Shown: positions 26,893 through 39,722 of the stretch, one piece after another | Layout of the letters: each line of letters opens with the position of its first letter | Numbering within the stretch: position 1 is the stretch's first letter | Assembly (NCBI RefSeq): GCF_006345805.1 | Contig: NC_043003.1 | Coordinates: 110,546,001-110,610,000 of the forward strand | DNA from: Octopus sinensis | Taxonomy: Eukaryota | DNA: 64,000 nucleotides | Reading direction: 5' to 3' | Notes under the pieces: generated by a model | The model's input: only the letters and a program-made list of their open reading frames with translations | Databases searched by the model: none | Told to the model about the DNA's origin: nothing | Made by a program: the position numbers and the translations under genes

Positions 26893-27048
26893 TATATGTA
26901 TGTGTGTGTATATGTTTTTATGCCTGTGTTTGTCTTCTCAACGTCGCTTGACAACCGATGCTGATGTGTTTACGTCCCAGTAACTTAGCAAAAGAGACCG
27001 CTAGAATAAGTACTAGGCTTACAAAAAATAAGTCCTCGGGACGATTTG
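26619..27048 (+). mobile_element. tRNA-derived SINE (major family, internal TA/TG tract)
   Basis: A-box-like 5' end and GGTTCAGTCCC B-box, body ...GGTAGACGGAAACTGAAAGA..., internal microsatellite, right half ...CAAAAGAGACCG. Confidence 0.85.
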
Positions 27049-27741
27049 TAAGTCTACTTAGAAACTCATCATTCATTATAATATCAATACAATAAACAAA
27101 TAATGCCAATATGTCTTAAAATAATTCAGCGTTAGAAGCTTTACAGAAATTAAACATCGTATAATTAGAAATTATACAATGCTATGCTAAAGTGCGATGC
27201 TAAAATGGCAATAATGAACATAGTTGACATAGAGACTTCTTTTAAGAAAACATCTACATATACTGCTGCAACTGGCTGCTACTGGTGTATATTGATACCT
27301 AAACTGTGAAAGATTCATGAGATCACACTTGATATTAGATCAAATCAATTTTTTAAAACTGATTTCCGAACAGAATCATTTAGGACAAAATTTATAATTC
27401 AAGATAATTCTGTAAAAAGGAAATATAAAGACATATTAATGAACTAAATTTGTGATTAAAAATAATAGGAAAATATGTTAAAATAACTAGAATAGCTAGA
27501 GTTTTTTATACCTGTAAAACAAGTAATATAGAAATCTTATTTTGTATTCACTATAGCGAATATATGTAAACCTCTTATTATTAAACGAAATTTTAATGTC
27601 AAAGGGTCTACAGAAATTGAATTATCAGTTTGTGTTATGATCAATGTATGAAAAATGAATTAAAAAAAATATACATGATATTGTAAATTATAATTGCATG
27701 GCATTGAAAGGATTCAGACACACACACGTGTGTGTGTGTCA

Positions 27742-27775
<34 letters not shown>

Positions 27776-28189
27776 ACGTGTGTGTATGTATACATACACG
27801 CATATACATAGATATAAACGTACGTACAAACATCAAATGAAAAGGGGTCTGCAGGTCACACCGGTCACCTGTCTCCCCTCTCCCGTGAGTATCGCGTAAG
27901 AAAGTGTATAGAAAGAAACAATGCTTCAGCACATACAAGGTTTCTTCGGGAGGTTTTCTTCAGTCATGAGAATAGACTGACAAGCAAAGCAACAAAGATA
28001 CTGGTATCACATCTATTCTTTGGCTACGGCGATTTTAATAATATATGGTTCAACTAAATCAACAATTTCGAAGACATGACTAGGCAATGAGTATATAATT
28101 GTAGAGTATTTAAACACAGTAGGTTCTATTTCCGGGCTAAAGCTGTAGTAAGTTCGGCAATCGCGATATATTTGCATTAAGTATGATAG

Positions 28190-28377
28190 AGGCGTGGTTT
28201 TGTTATAAAGCATATTGCTTGCAAACACATGGTTTCCAGTTCAATCCCACTGCAGGGCACCATGGACAAATGTCTTCCACTATAGACACTGGCTGGTCAT
28301 AGTCTCGTAAGGGATATAATGGACGGAAACTGAAAGAAGCTCGTCGTATATATATATATATAGAGATATATATATAT

Positions 28378-28409
<32 letters not shown>

Positions 28410-28718
28410 ATACATATGTGTGTGTGTGTATATATATGAATCCATATATATATAATATACATACATATATATATATGTACATAGAGAGAGAGTGATAGCT
28501 ATAGAGATAGAGATATATACGTACATATATGTATATATGTATGCATGTATATTTATATATAGATGTATGTGCGTGTGTGCATGTGTATGCGCCTAATCTC
28601 TGTTTGACAACCAGTATTGAATCTAAAAAATAATTATTCGGGTCAATTCTTTCGATTAGAAACTCCTCAAGGCAGTGTTCACCCATGGTTGCAGACTAAT
28701 AACTGGAACAAGTGAAAT
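28190..28718 (+). mobile_element. tRNA-derived SINE, diverged copy
   Basis: Same landmarks as 29779-30260 with more substitutions. Confidence 0.7.
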
Positions 28719-28811
28719 ATATATATAAATATATATATAGTTAATCCAAACAAGAAAGCACAAAAAAACACAACAACGCGAGGACGTGGAACAAATATAG
28801 TATTATTGGAC

Positions 28812-29166
28812 GCTCTTTTATTCTCCTACTTTTTTCACTCATTTGAGTGCAGTGATGCTGCACTGCAGCCATAGGTGGTTTTCGTTGAAGACATTGAACC
28901 CAGGACTAATCTTTATAAACCTAGTAATTATTATATCAGTTTCTTTTGTCGAACCGCTACTTCACTTACATAAACACATCAACATCCGTTGCCAAGGGAT
29001 ATACGACGGGCTCCTTTACGTTTCCGTCTACCAAGTCCACCCACAAGCCTTTGGTTGACCCAAGGATATAGTAGAAACACTTGCCCAAGGTGCCACGCAG
29101 TATGCCAGAACCTCGAACCATGTTGTTGCTAAGCAAACTACTTACCGCACAGTTACTCCTGCCCCT
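28812..29166 (-). mobile_element. tRNA-derived SINE, diverged copy
   Basis: Reverse-complement landmarks TTTCCGTCTACCAA and ACTTGCCCAAGGTGCCACGCAG. Confidence 0.75.
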
Positions 29167-29448
29167 ATATAGGATAATTTTTTTTTTTAATTTCATCAAG
29201 TGGCTAGCCATTTAAAATACATTTTAAGGTGAAAATTTAAGCAATTATCAATGAGGGTAAAAGAAAAAAAAATCTACGCCAATATGCTGATAGATAGACT
29301 TTAAATCGTGGTGACTGACGATTTAATGTCTATTTCTCAGCATATTAACATAGATTTTTTCTTTTGTCCTCATCTATAATTGTTTATACATACAATATAC
29401 GTACATATACATACATACACACACACATAGACACACACACACACACAC

Positions 29449-29488
<40 letters not shown>

Positions 29489-29706
29489 TATCTAAGCATA
29501 TATATATTGTGACTTGACTCTTGATGTGTACGGATGATATATATCTATATATACATTTCTTTAATGCCTTTAGATAATCAAAGCCTATACACTGACGAAA
29601 ATTATATATAATAGATATATCTATATATATATATATATATTATATTATATATATAGAAAAAAAGTCAAGATAGAAAATGCTAAAATAATTTTATAAAAAA
29701 TAATTT

Positions 29707-29743
29707 CAGTAACGGTTTCAGTCATTGAGACTTTTTGAAACTG
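29707..29743 (-). ncRNA. Degenerate minimal hammerhead-like motif, U3:A8 type
   Basis: CAGT / TTCAAAA / AGTC-TCAAT-GACT / GAA / ACCGT / T / ACTG. Stems I and II pair perfectly; G5 is changed and one G of ACCGGT is lost. (TA)n lies about 55 nt 3'. Confidence 0.5.
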
Positions 29744-29778
29744 TAACAATTAAATAGTTAAAGTTAGAAAAATTAAAT

Positions 29779-30260
29779 GAGTGCTGTGTGGTAAGTAGCT
29801 TGCTTACCAACCACATGGCTCCGGGTTCAGTCCCATCGCGTGGCATCCTGGGCAAGTGTCTTCTGCTATAGCCTCGGGGTGACCAAAGCGTTGTGAGTGG
29901 ATTTGGTAGACGGAAACTGAAAAGAAGCCTGTCGTATATGCGTGTATATATATATATATATTCATATATATATAATATATATATATATATTATATATATA
30001 TATATATATATATTCATATATATATATGTATATATATATATATATGTGTATGTGTGTCTGTGTTTGTCCCCCTAGCATCGCTTGACAAACGATGCTGGTG
30101 TGTTTAGGTCCCCGTCACGCTGCGGTTCGGCAACAGAGACCGATAGAATAAGTACTGGGCTAACAAGGAATAAGTCCCGGGGTTGATTTGCTCGACTAAA
30201 GGCAGTGCTCCAGCATGGCCGCAGTCAAATGACTGAAACAAATAAAAGAGTAAAAGAGTA
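29779..30260 (+). mobile_element. tRNA-derived SINE (major family)
   Basis: Near-complete copy with internal (TA)n and terminal TAAAAGAG tandem tail. Confidence 0.9.
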
Positions 30261-30410
30261 TAGTGTTCAAATATAAGTGGCATTTTCCTTGTTACTGCCT
30301 GTCTCTTTCTCTCTTGTTTACTCTTGTGGGTTCGAGGTCCTTGTGGATTATTGGTAGGGAGGAAGAAGAAGAAAAAAAAGGAAGGATGAGGAGGAGAAGA
30401 AGGGAAGGAG

Positions 30411-30710
30411 AATTTGGGAGTGCCATGATAGTAGAATTTTGAATGGTCATTGGATGGCAGCAGTCTCTGTTCAATTCATGAGAAATATTTCTTTAGAATG
30501 TTTTGTTATAGAATTTGCGTAGGTGTTATTCTAAAAGCATTAGTGGAGAAGGGTAAGAAGAAAAATAATTTGGGAGTGCCATGATAGTAGTATTTTGAAT
30601 GGTCAGTGGATGGCAGCAGTCTCTGTTCAATTCATGAAGATATTTCGTTTAGAATGGTTTATTTATAGAATTTGCGTATGTGTAATTCTAAAAAGCATTA
30701 GTGATAAAGT

Positions 30711-30720
<10 letters not shown>
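30411..30720. repeat. Tandem duplication, 156-bp period
   Basis: AATTTGGGAGTGCCATGATAGTAG... starts at 30411 and again at 30567. A decayed third unit lies at about 30900-31010. Confidence 0.9.
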
Positions 30721-30741
<21 letters not shown>

Positions 30742-30853
30742 AAGAAGAAGAAGAAGAAGAAGAAGAAGAAGAAGAAGAAGAAGAAGAAGAAGAAGAAGAA
30801 GAAGAAGAAGAAGAAGAAGAAGAAGAAGAAGAAGAAGAAGAAGAAGAAGAAGA
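30712..30853. repeat. Pure (AAG)n tract, about 47 units
   Basis: Directly visible. Confidence 0.98.
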
Positions 30854-31040
30854 ATGAATGTAGAAAGTAGTAAGGTGTTAAATGACTTAAAATTGGCACC
30901 TAATGGATTATAGCAGTGATTGGCACTGTTTTTTTTAATGAATTCTTGGGAATCTCTTGAGTGTATCATTTTTCATATTTGCGTGGGTATTTGCGTTATT
31001 CTAAGGCCGAGGTGGATATGTCGTTTGTCGTATATATATA

Positions 31041-31451
31041 TACTCTTTTACTCTTTTACTTGTTTCAGTCATTTGACTGTGGCCATGCTGGGGCACCGCC
31101 TTTAATCGAGCAACTCGACCCTGGGACTTATTCTTTTGTAAGCCCAGTACTTATTCTATCGGTCTCTTTTGCCGAACCGCTATGTAACGGGGATATAAAC
31201 ACACCAGCATCGGTTGTCAAGCAATGCTAGGGGGACAAGCACAGACACACAAACACACACACATACATACATATATATATATATATATACGACAGGTTTC
31301 TTTCAGTTTCCGTCTACCAAATCCACTCACAAGGCTTTGGTCGGCCCGAGGCTAAAGTAGAAGATACTTGCCCAAGGTGCCACGCAGTGGGACTGAACCC
31401 GGAACCATGTGGTCGGTAAACAAGCTACTTACCACACAGCCACTCTGCGCC

Positions 31452-31452
<1 letters not shown>
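31041..31452 (-). mobile_element. tRNA-derived SINE (major family)
   Basis: Near-complete reverse copy. Confidence 0.9.
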
Positions 31453-31487
<35 letters not shown>

Positions 31488-31497
31488 ATATATATTA

Positions 31498-31601
<104 letters not shown>

Positions 31602-31603
31602 TC

Positions 31604-31637
<34 letters not shown>

Positions 31638-31699
31638 ATGATATATATATATATATATATCCGAATAAAAACTTTACGAAAACGTAAAAAAAAGAAGAG

Positions 31700-34600
31700 A
31701 AGAGAAAGGAAAACATGGCGACTAAGAAGCAGATACAACAAATGAAATTGGTTTACTATCTAAATAAGGTTGCCGAAAAAATAACAGCGCAGATTCTCAA
31801 CACGCGAACTGCTATGTAGATTCGAAGCAAACTAAAAACACATCCAGGTTTCTTTCAATGTAATTCAGGGTCATTTTGTAAAATTTCAATATATTTCCTC
31901 TATAAATATTGGTCAAGCAGAACAACAACAACAACAACAGCCAGTAAACCATAAACAGCTGCAACAAGCAAAACAACAACATGAGCCAGGAAATAATGAA
32001 CAGTAACAAGCTAAACGACAAGAATAGCCAGAAAATCATGAATAGAAACAACAACATCAGAAGAGACGATCCTAAATTCTAGCACAAAAGCTGATCTACT
32101 GAATGATAGCATCTCTTTCATCTTCTACCACATCAAATACTAAAAATAAACCACTGTTTCTTATCCCACATCGCCATCTCAATCCTACTGTAGTATAAAA
32201 ATACTTGAAAACATCTATGAAGCAGAATGTGTCCCCCCACGACACTAACAAGTATCCCCAAAGTATGCCAATATTCCCTACACTACAGGCTCTGCTCACG
32301 AAGTCTGTCGGTATTTCCAACGCAAGAAATTATATCTGTTGCGTGATTGTCCTTTCATTCATCTTCCAGTGACCCGACACACTAACAGAAATGGGGCTTC
32401 AAACCAACACACAAACCACAGTAAAGACACCGCCTACCGCAGTAATGCTGGTCCAGTCTTTTCACGAACATACAAAAACAATAACACCACTACCACCACC
32501 ATGAACAACAACAACAACAATAATAACAAGAACCACAACAAAAGCGGAAACGTCCGTCCTAGCCAACAGTACAATCACATCTCCAGTCAAAAAATATTCC
32601 CTAAGCAGGAAAATACTATGTTAGCCATGTTGAAACTGACAAAAGAGATACAAAAAGACACCTCCCCCACATTGCTGTCACTGACACATAATCAGAAAAG
32701 AAGCCCCCTGCAACAGTCAAAACCCGCCACTACCCTAGCCCCTACATTTCCGCTCAAGGCACAAAGTATCAGTCCGTCCATCAATTCGCAGAAATGGAAG
32801 AACCAACTCATTGAGGATTGGGCTGGTAACCATTCACACCTGATCCCTTTCTTCATTCTTAAGGAGACCCACCTTGACAAATCCCACTTGGAGGCCGACG
32901 TGAAAGTGAGGAATTTCACAACCGTCCGCACGGATTGAGTCGACAAAAGGAAGGGTGGAACTGCTTTTTCCTGCATGATTCCTTTTCGGCAGATGGGAAT
33001 ATGACATTCTCCAATGGCTACAGTGAATCGGTAACCGTTCATACTGAAAAACCAATGACCTGATAGTAGTTGGACTGTATAGGCCACCTCAAACACCCAT
33101 ACCGCGCTTTAATGAATGCCTCAACAGCATTAAGTGCTTTATTCAACAGTGACGTTCTAATAACAAAATTATAATGGAAGATTAAATCTACCCAGTGTTG
33201 ATTGCTCTACAAAAAGTTTGAAATCAAGCACTCCCACTTCATCTAATGATAAATAAACAGTAGATTCACTTCTCGACTTTATGACTGAGTTTTTCTAGTC
33301 ACAACTTGTCGTTGCACAAACAAGGTATCAGATGATTTTATACTTTGTGTTTATTAACCACACTAACATAGTACACAATAAACAGCCACACATAAATTTG
33401 ACGGCTCTCAGACTGCTCGAATCAGAAGAATATAACTTTCAACAATGCATGAAGTCCATCATCAATAACCAGAGAACAGCTGAGGAGGCCGTTCGGAAAA
33501 TCAAACTCAACCCCAAATTGTTATTCCCTTTTGCGAAAAACACACAACATCACACTCTCTGGCCATGTAATTGATAAAAATGGCAATGTCCAAGAAAATG
33601 CCAAAACCATGAGTGAGATGCTGCAGAAACAGTACTGCTTTGTTTTTAGCAAAATTGCTATGACCAATCTGAACTTTATCAGTGATGTTAATTCCGCAAC
33701 ACACTATATCGGACGCAAAGATTGGCATCTCTGATGTCTTAGTGGCTCTAAATGAAATTAAACACAATTCAGCAGTGGGCCCTTATAGGTTTTCTGCTTG
33801 TGTCCTGAATGTGTATCGACACCGACTTGTATTTCTTCTTGCTAATCTGGGGAGGTTATACTGAATGCTGGTTATATTCCTTAAAATTTTCTGTCCCAGT
33901 CTGTTGTCCTAGTTTTCAAAAAGAGAAACAAGTTCCTTGCAGTGTACTACCGGCCGATCTCGCTCACCTCTAATATCAGCAAGGTATTTGTGAGGGTGTT
34001 GAAATCACGGATAACCCACATTCTTGAAAGCAACAGACTGCTGAACCCCAGCAGTTTCTACCTTGATTTCCACTGGGAGGATCGCAAGATCCCTTTGAGA
34101 AAACTTTCAAACATTGGTGTCTCTGGAAAGTTATTACAACGGATCAAGTGTCTCCTAGCAGGCAGAACCCAACACGTTGTAGTTGAAGGAGTAAACTCAA
34201 ACCCCGCCAAAGTCAGAAGTGATGTTCCACAGGGCACTGTGTTGGGCCCACTTCTTTTCATCATCTACATCAATAACATTACTGACATCATCCAGCACAA
34301 TAACATAAGAATCTTTGCAGATGATTCCAAGATCCAGAAGGTACTCAATGAAGTGTGTGACCGGGCCTGCCTTCAGCCATATCTACTGGCTGTCATCCAA
34401 TGGACACAAAAAAATAATATGCTGCTGAACGAGGATAAATTTGAGTCAATCCACTTCAGAAAAGGGATAGCCTAAAACTCCCATACTCCCTTTCTTCAGG
34501 TGAACCTCACATGACATCGAACAACATCAGAGACTCGGGAGTAATTGTAATCATCTACATAAGACGGGCCGCTCATAGGAATGGCAAAGTTGACATGGCC

Positions 34601-35282
34601 CGCATGTTGTACTCCTGGTTTCTCAGAACTTTCCAGTCGAGCGGTATCCACACCATTATCCTTCTCTTCTCTACTTTTGCCCAGCTCCTCCTTGAAAACT
34701 GTTGTCCACTGTGGTCTCCCCACATGAAACAAAATATCATGAAAATTGAAGCACCTTTAAGATCAATTACAAAATGGATAGCTGGCATGATAGGTCTTGA
34801 CTATTGGGATCGACTAGAAAAGCTTAGGTTTTATTCAACAGCGCAGTGAGTGCTGCATCATCTGCATCATGTGGAAAATATTCCATCAGCATTGCCCAAA
34901 TAGTGTTGGCTTTGCATTTAAGATAGACTCAAGACTTGGACACCGTGCTACCCGCCCACAACATAAATCATACTCGCATCACATAACAACAATACGGCGC
35001 AAATATTTCACCTCAATTGGCCCCGCTCTCTTTAACATTACATCAAAACACATTAAGGTAGAGACAGACACCATAGAGTTCAAGAAGTCTTTGGAGAAAT
35101 TCCTTCAAAAAATCCCGTATAAACCGCCTACACCTGAATGTGTCTGCTTAATCAATAACTCTCTCCTCAAGTGGGCGCTGTTCTCCGGTTTCTGATTTGA
35201 ATGCTTTTGCCAGGTGGTGCTACTAGATTACACATGGCATTGGCCAAGACTGGCCGAAACCTATCAAAGTATCAAAGTAAAG
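31700..35282 (+). mobile_element. CR1/Jockey-type LINE, long but degraded
   Basis: APE start (AQSIS...LKETHL...RTD*VDKRKGG); RT motifs YRPISLTSNISKVF, DVPQGTVLGPLLFIIYIN and IFADDSKI; CCPLWSPH and MWKI 3' segments; (ATCAAAGT)2 tail at about 35264-35279. Many stops and frameshifts. The 5' boundary is approximate. Confidence 0.9.
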
Positions 35283-35308
35283 GATCTATCTGTCTATTTT
35301 TTTATTTA

Positions 35309-35377
<69 letters not shown>

Positions 35378-35450
35378 TGTCACCATCTATCTATATTTGT
35401 GTATATATGTATGTATGCATGTATGTATGTATATATGTATATATATATAC

Positions 35451-35499
<49 letters not shown>

Positions 35500-35513
<14 letters not shown>

Positions 35514-35578
35514 GTCTAATTGTCTATCCACTTTAGATAGATTGATAGATTGATAGATAGATAGATAGATAGATAGAT

Positions 35579-35637
<59 letters not shown>

Positions 35638-35660
35638 TGATAGATAGATAGATAGATAAA
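35500..35660. repeat. (GATA)n tetranucleotide repeat
   Basis: Directly visible; a second array lies at about 50905-51080. Confidence 0.95.
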
Positions 35661-35810
35661 CACACAACTATATCCTGAGTTACTACATAAATTCTTCATT
35701 TCACATTTACAAATGCAATATATTTACTGATCGATCCTCCAAATGGGTGTTCACCTGGTAGAAACAACTTTGAAATATGTCCTCAAAATTTCTCTGAAAT
35801 ATTAGTTGCA

Positions 35811-35867
<57 letters not shown>

Positions 35868-35981
35868 TATATTTGTGTGCGGAACACAAATTACTTATGC
35901 AAGTACACTTACAATTCACTCGTCCTCAACTTTCTCTGTCTCTTTGTGCATAGATATATACGTATATGAGTGTATGTTATA

Positions 35982-36018
<37 letters not shown>

Positions 36019-37524
36019 CATACATACATACTTGCATGCATACATACATGCTTACATATATATATATATATATATAGGGGTGTATGTATACATTTATGTG
36101 TTTTATTGAATACGTTAAAGTAATATTCACGTGTTCAGGAATATTGAAAGAAAGTAATAATTTACGTAAACCTTGGAGAAGCATTGAATATGACATCATG
36201 TCAGAACAGATTACAGGCAAATTCTTGCTGCATCTTAATTTATAACCAGATAGCTGTCTCACCCAACTCCAATAAACTTTCCAGATGGGTACTTTTTTCT
36301 GCTTTATTTCAAAATACCAATCATATTTTTCGAACCTTTCTTTGTAGTATAACTGCTATCAAACCAAGAACACTACATTCAAAATGCTTACTCTTCTACG
36401 ATACGAATATACATTGTTTTTGTATGTCTTCATATCTCCATTAAATCTAACCTAGTAATGAGAATACTAACTTTAATTTTTAAGACTTTGTACAGGATTG
36501 AGTCAGACACTCGCATTGTGATGTATTTTAATAAATACATTTTTATTTCGCTACTTATAGGAATGAAAAGAAAATATAAAGCAATCGGTCCTGTTAGTCA
36601 TTTTTCTTTTCTTTTCTATTTATCACAAGAGGCAGCTCGGTGTTAATAACATTTGCAAAGCTTCTAAGTGTCGATATAATATCAATAACTAGAAGCTACA
36701 CAAGAAATATGTAAACTTATACTGGTAGCGAATGTTTCTGTTAAAGTGGTTAAAACTAAAACAATCGCCACTTGGGGAAGTTAAAATTGACAGCGAATTA
36801 TCTTTAAAGCCTGAGACTATTGTGATATACACAATTATCAACGTCTTTTTTACTTGATGCTATGAGTGTTGTTCATGAAATAAGTAACAAAATAGTTCCT
36901 ATGTTTCTAAGTAAATCTACATTATGGTTCTGGTGTAATTTTGGTATACTATACTATACCTGTGGAATTATTAAAAAAAATTTGTGTCGCTCTTTTCTTG
37001 TGATATTAAAACACCTTAGTTTAAATAACACATTTTACATACCATAATTTCAACTCACTTTTTGAGCTGAATGAATAAAATCTCAAGTGAATTTCTGAAT
37101 AGAATAAATACAAGAACGTAATGAAAAACAGAATAGCTTCATGTGAAGATTTGAAAGCAAGAATTTATACAAGAGATAACAGGAGAAAAACAAATTGTGT
37201 ATTCTTCATTGATAAGAGTGTTGTATTAGTGGAGGTAGAAAATAAAGAATGCAAGAAAAATCCATCAAACACCGGCAAATTGGCTTTCCTTTCCAGTATA
37301 TATATGAACTTCCTTAAATACCTCTTTGGTCAATACATCACTGTATTTATCTGCAGATAGATTATATAAAATAATTACTCTATATATATTTGCACAGATA
37401 TATACACACGCATTCACCCCCCCCCACACACACGTATGTATGTATGCATTTATGTTTGTACGTATGTATATAAACATACATACACATATCCATATATATA
37501 TATATATGTATGTATGTATGTATA

Positions 37525-37579
<55 letters not shown>

Positions 37580-37614
37580 AAACTTAGATATATATCTTTT
37601 TCTCCTATATATAT

Positions 37615-37993
37615 CTTTTTCAGTCATTTGACTGTGGCCATGCTGGAGCACCGCCTTTAATCGAGCAACTCGACCCCGGTACTTATTCTTTGTAAGCCTA
37701 GTACTTATTCTATCGGTCTCTTTTGCCGAACCGCTAAGTGACGGGGACATAAACACACCAGCATCGGTTGTCAAGCAATGCTAGGGGCACAAACACAGAC
37801 ATACAAACATACACGCACACACATATATATACATATATACGACAGGCTTCTTTCAGTTTCCGTCTACCAAATCCACTCACAAGGCTTTGGTCTGCCCGAG
37901 GCTATAGTAGAAGACACTTGCCCAAGATGCCACGCAGTGGAACTGAACCTAGAACCACGTAGTTCGTAAGCAAGCTACTTACCACACAGCCAC
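37615..37993 (-). mobile_element. tRNA-derived SINE (major family)
   Basis: Near-complete reverse copy. Confidence 0.9.
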
Positions 37994-38129
37994 AATGCAC
38001 CTGAAACACTTTAACCCAATTCCGCTTGAATAAGGAAGGTATGCACATTGAAAAATACAAACCGCAAATACACATCCTATAATATATATACAAATATATA
38101 TAATATATATATAAATAATATATATATGT

Positions 38130-38425
38130 AAATATACTGCATTTTGTGGCTTTATTTCAAGCAAGCCGGCTTTTTTGCGCAAACAGCACGTCCATGTTTC
38201 TCGCGTACGTGTAGTATCGATCGCAATAGCTGATTTACTTGCGCGTACAAATGCACGTTCTCACGGCTTTATCGATCGTATTCTTACCTGGAATCGATTT
38301 TTCTAAGTCTTATACACGCTGTGATACCGTCGGTATCTACATATCAAACTTGAGCGAAATCGGATGGAGGATGCCCGAGATCCTAGAAGACACACAGACA
38401 GACAGAACGATTTTATATAATAGAT
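38130..38425 (-). mobile_element. Non-autonomous Helitron/DINE-like element (5' portion)
   Basis: Reverse complement starts A|TCTATTATATAAAATCGTTCTGTCTGTCTGTGTGTC and contains CCGATTTCGCTCAAGTTTG, typical of DINE/HINE-type 5' ends. The 3' end was not identified. Confidence 0.5.
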
Positions 38426-39558
38426 ATGTGTGTGAATATGTGTAACTACACATTTACTGGCATATTAGTGATGTATGCGTTTATCCGCAACACGTACCTG
38501 CGCAGTGCATCGTGAATAGCGTTCGCTGCACGACTTTTTCTTGAAGAACCTTATTCACAATGCATTCATGTGTGAACATTTGTTTCTGCTCACAACTCTG
38601 TGCATTTCCTTGATATTCTGAACTTCAACTAAAATACACGCTATCTGAAAGTCAAGATTAGAATCTTTGGAATATATATTGCGTACTTTCGCTGCTCAGA
38701 GTTTCGTGTTGAAAACTGCGTACGTGCAGTGCAGTGCGTGTATTTTATTTTTATGTATATATCCATATGTTTTACAAGTTTATACTGCGAGTGAATGGCA
38801 GTATTTTAAAAACCAATGCATGCACAGAGACTAATCGATATAGTAAGGACGAGCAAAACTCTCCGCGTCCAATTGACGGTGCTGAATTGTCAAACATGTA
38901 ACTTTTTTGATCTCTTAAATATACTGCATTTTGTGGCATTATTTCAAGCCATATGTCAGAAGTAACAAAGTGACTCAACAGGCGAGGGCTTCTTTGATGG
39001 AGCTTATCAACTCATTACTTTCTATAAGTGTGTGCGAATGTGTGTACCCGCATTTTCACACAGCTCCAAACTTTTAACACAAAAAAAGGGATGCTTTGCA
39101 CCAATTTTTTTATATTGCATCTGCTTCTGTGACTGGATGGTGGCCACAGGATGCTTTGAAAGGTTTAAGTCAACACATTGACATGTTTTCTTCTTTATTT
39201 ACTTATTTATTTACTTTTGTGGAAGCGCTAAATGAATTAACACTTGTTTTCAAGTGGTCGGTTGAAATGTGTATCTGTGTGTGTGTGGGACATACACACA
39301 CAAAATGAAACTCACACAGACACACAAACACACTTCTCTAAATGTCGCGGTACCGCTACGATATAGTGACGGATGATTTAGATACAAAAATAACGATGCA
39401 GCCGTAATATCCTAGTAGTCTAACAATCTCTTCAAAAACCAATAATATTCCAACCGACTTCATTGCGAACTCAACTCGAACTCACATGAACTTCATCCGG
39501 TACGAACTGCCTTCTCACGCTGCTGCTGCTTATCATCGCACTTTCCACTATAAGTCAG

Positions 39559-39722
39559 GGCCAAAAATTGTCATGGCGTGTATTGCAAGCCAGTTTCGTT
39601 GACGCTAATTCTAAGAACGTCCACCGGATGTTTATATATATATATATAGACATCGGATGGACGTCCTCACATGTACCGTCAATGACATTGGCTCGCAAGA
39701 CACGCCATGAAAATTGACGGCC
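39559..39722. repeat. 164-bp imperfect palindrome (MITE-like fold-back) with (TA)n at the axis
   Basis: GGCCAAAAATTGTCATGGCGTGTATTGCAAGCCAGT...ACGTCCACCGGATGTT is mirrored by GACATCGGATGGACGT...ATTGGCTCGCAAGACACGCCATGAAAATTGACGGCC. Confidence 0.85.
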
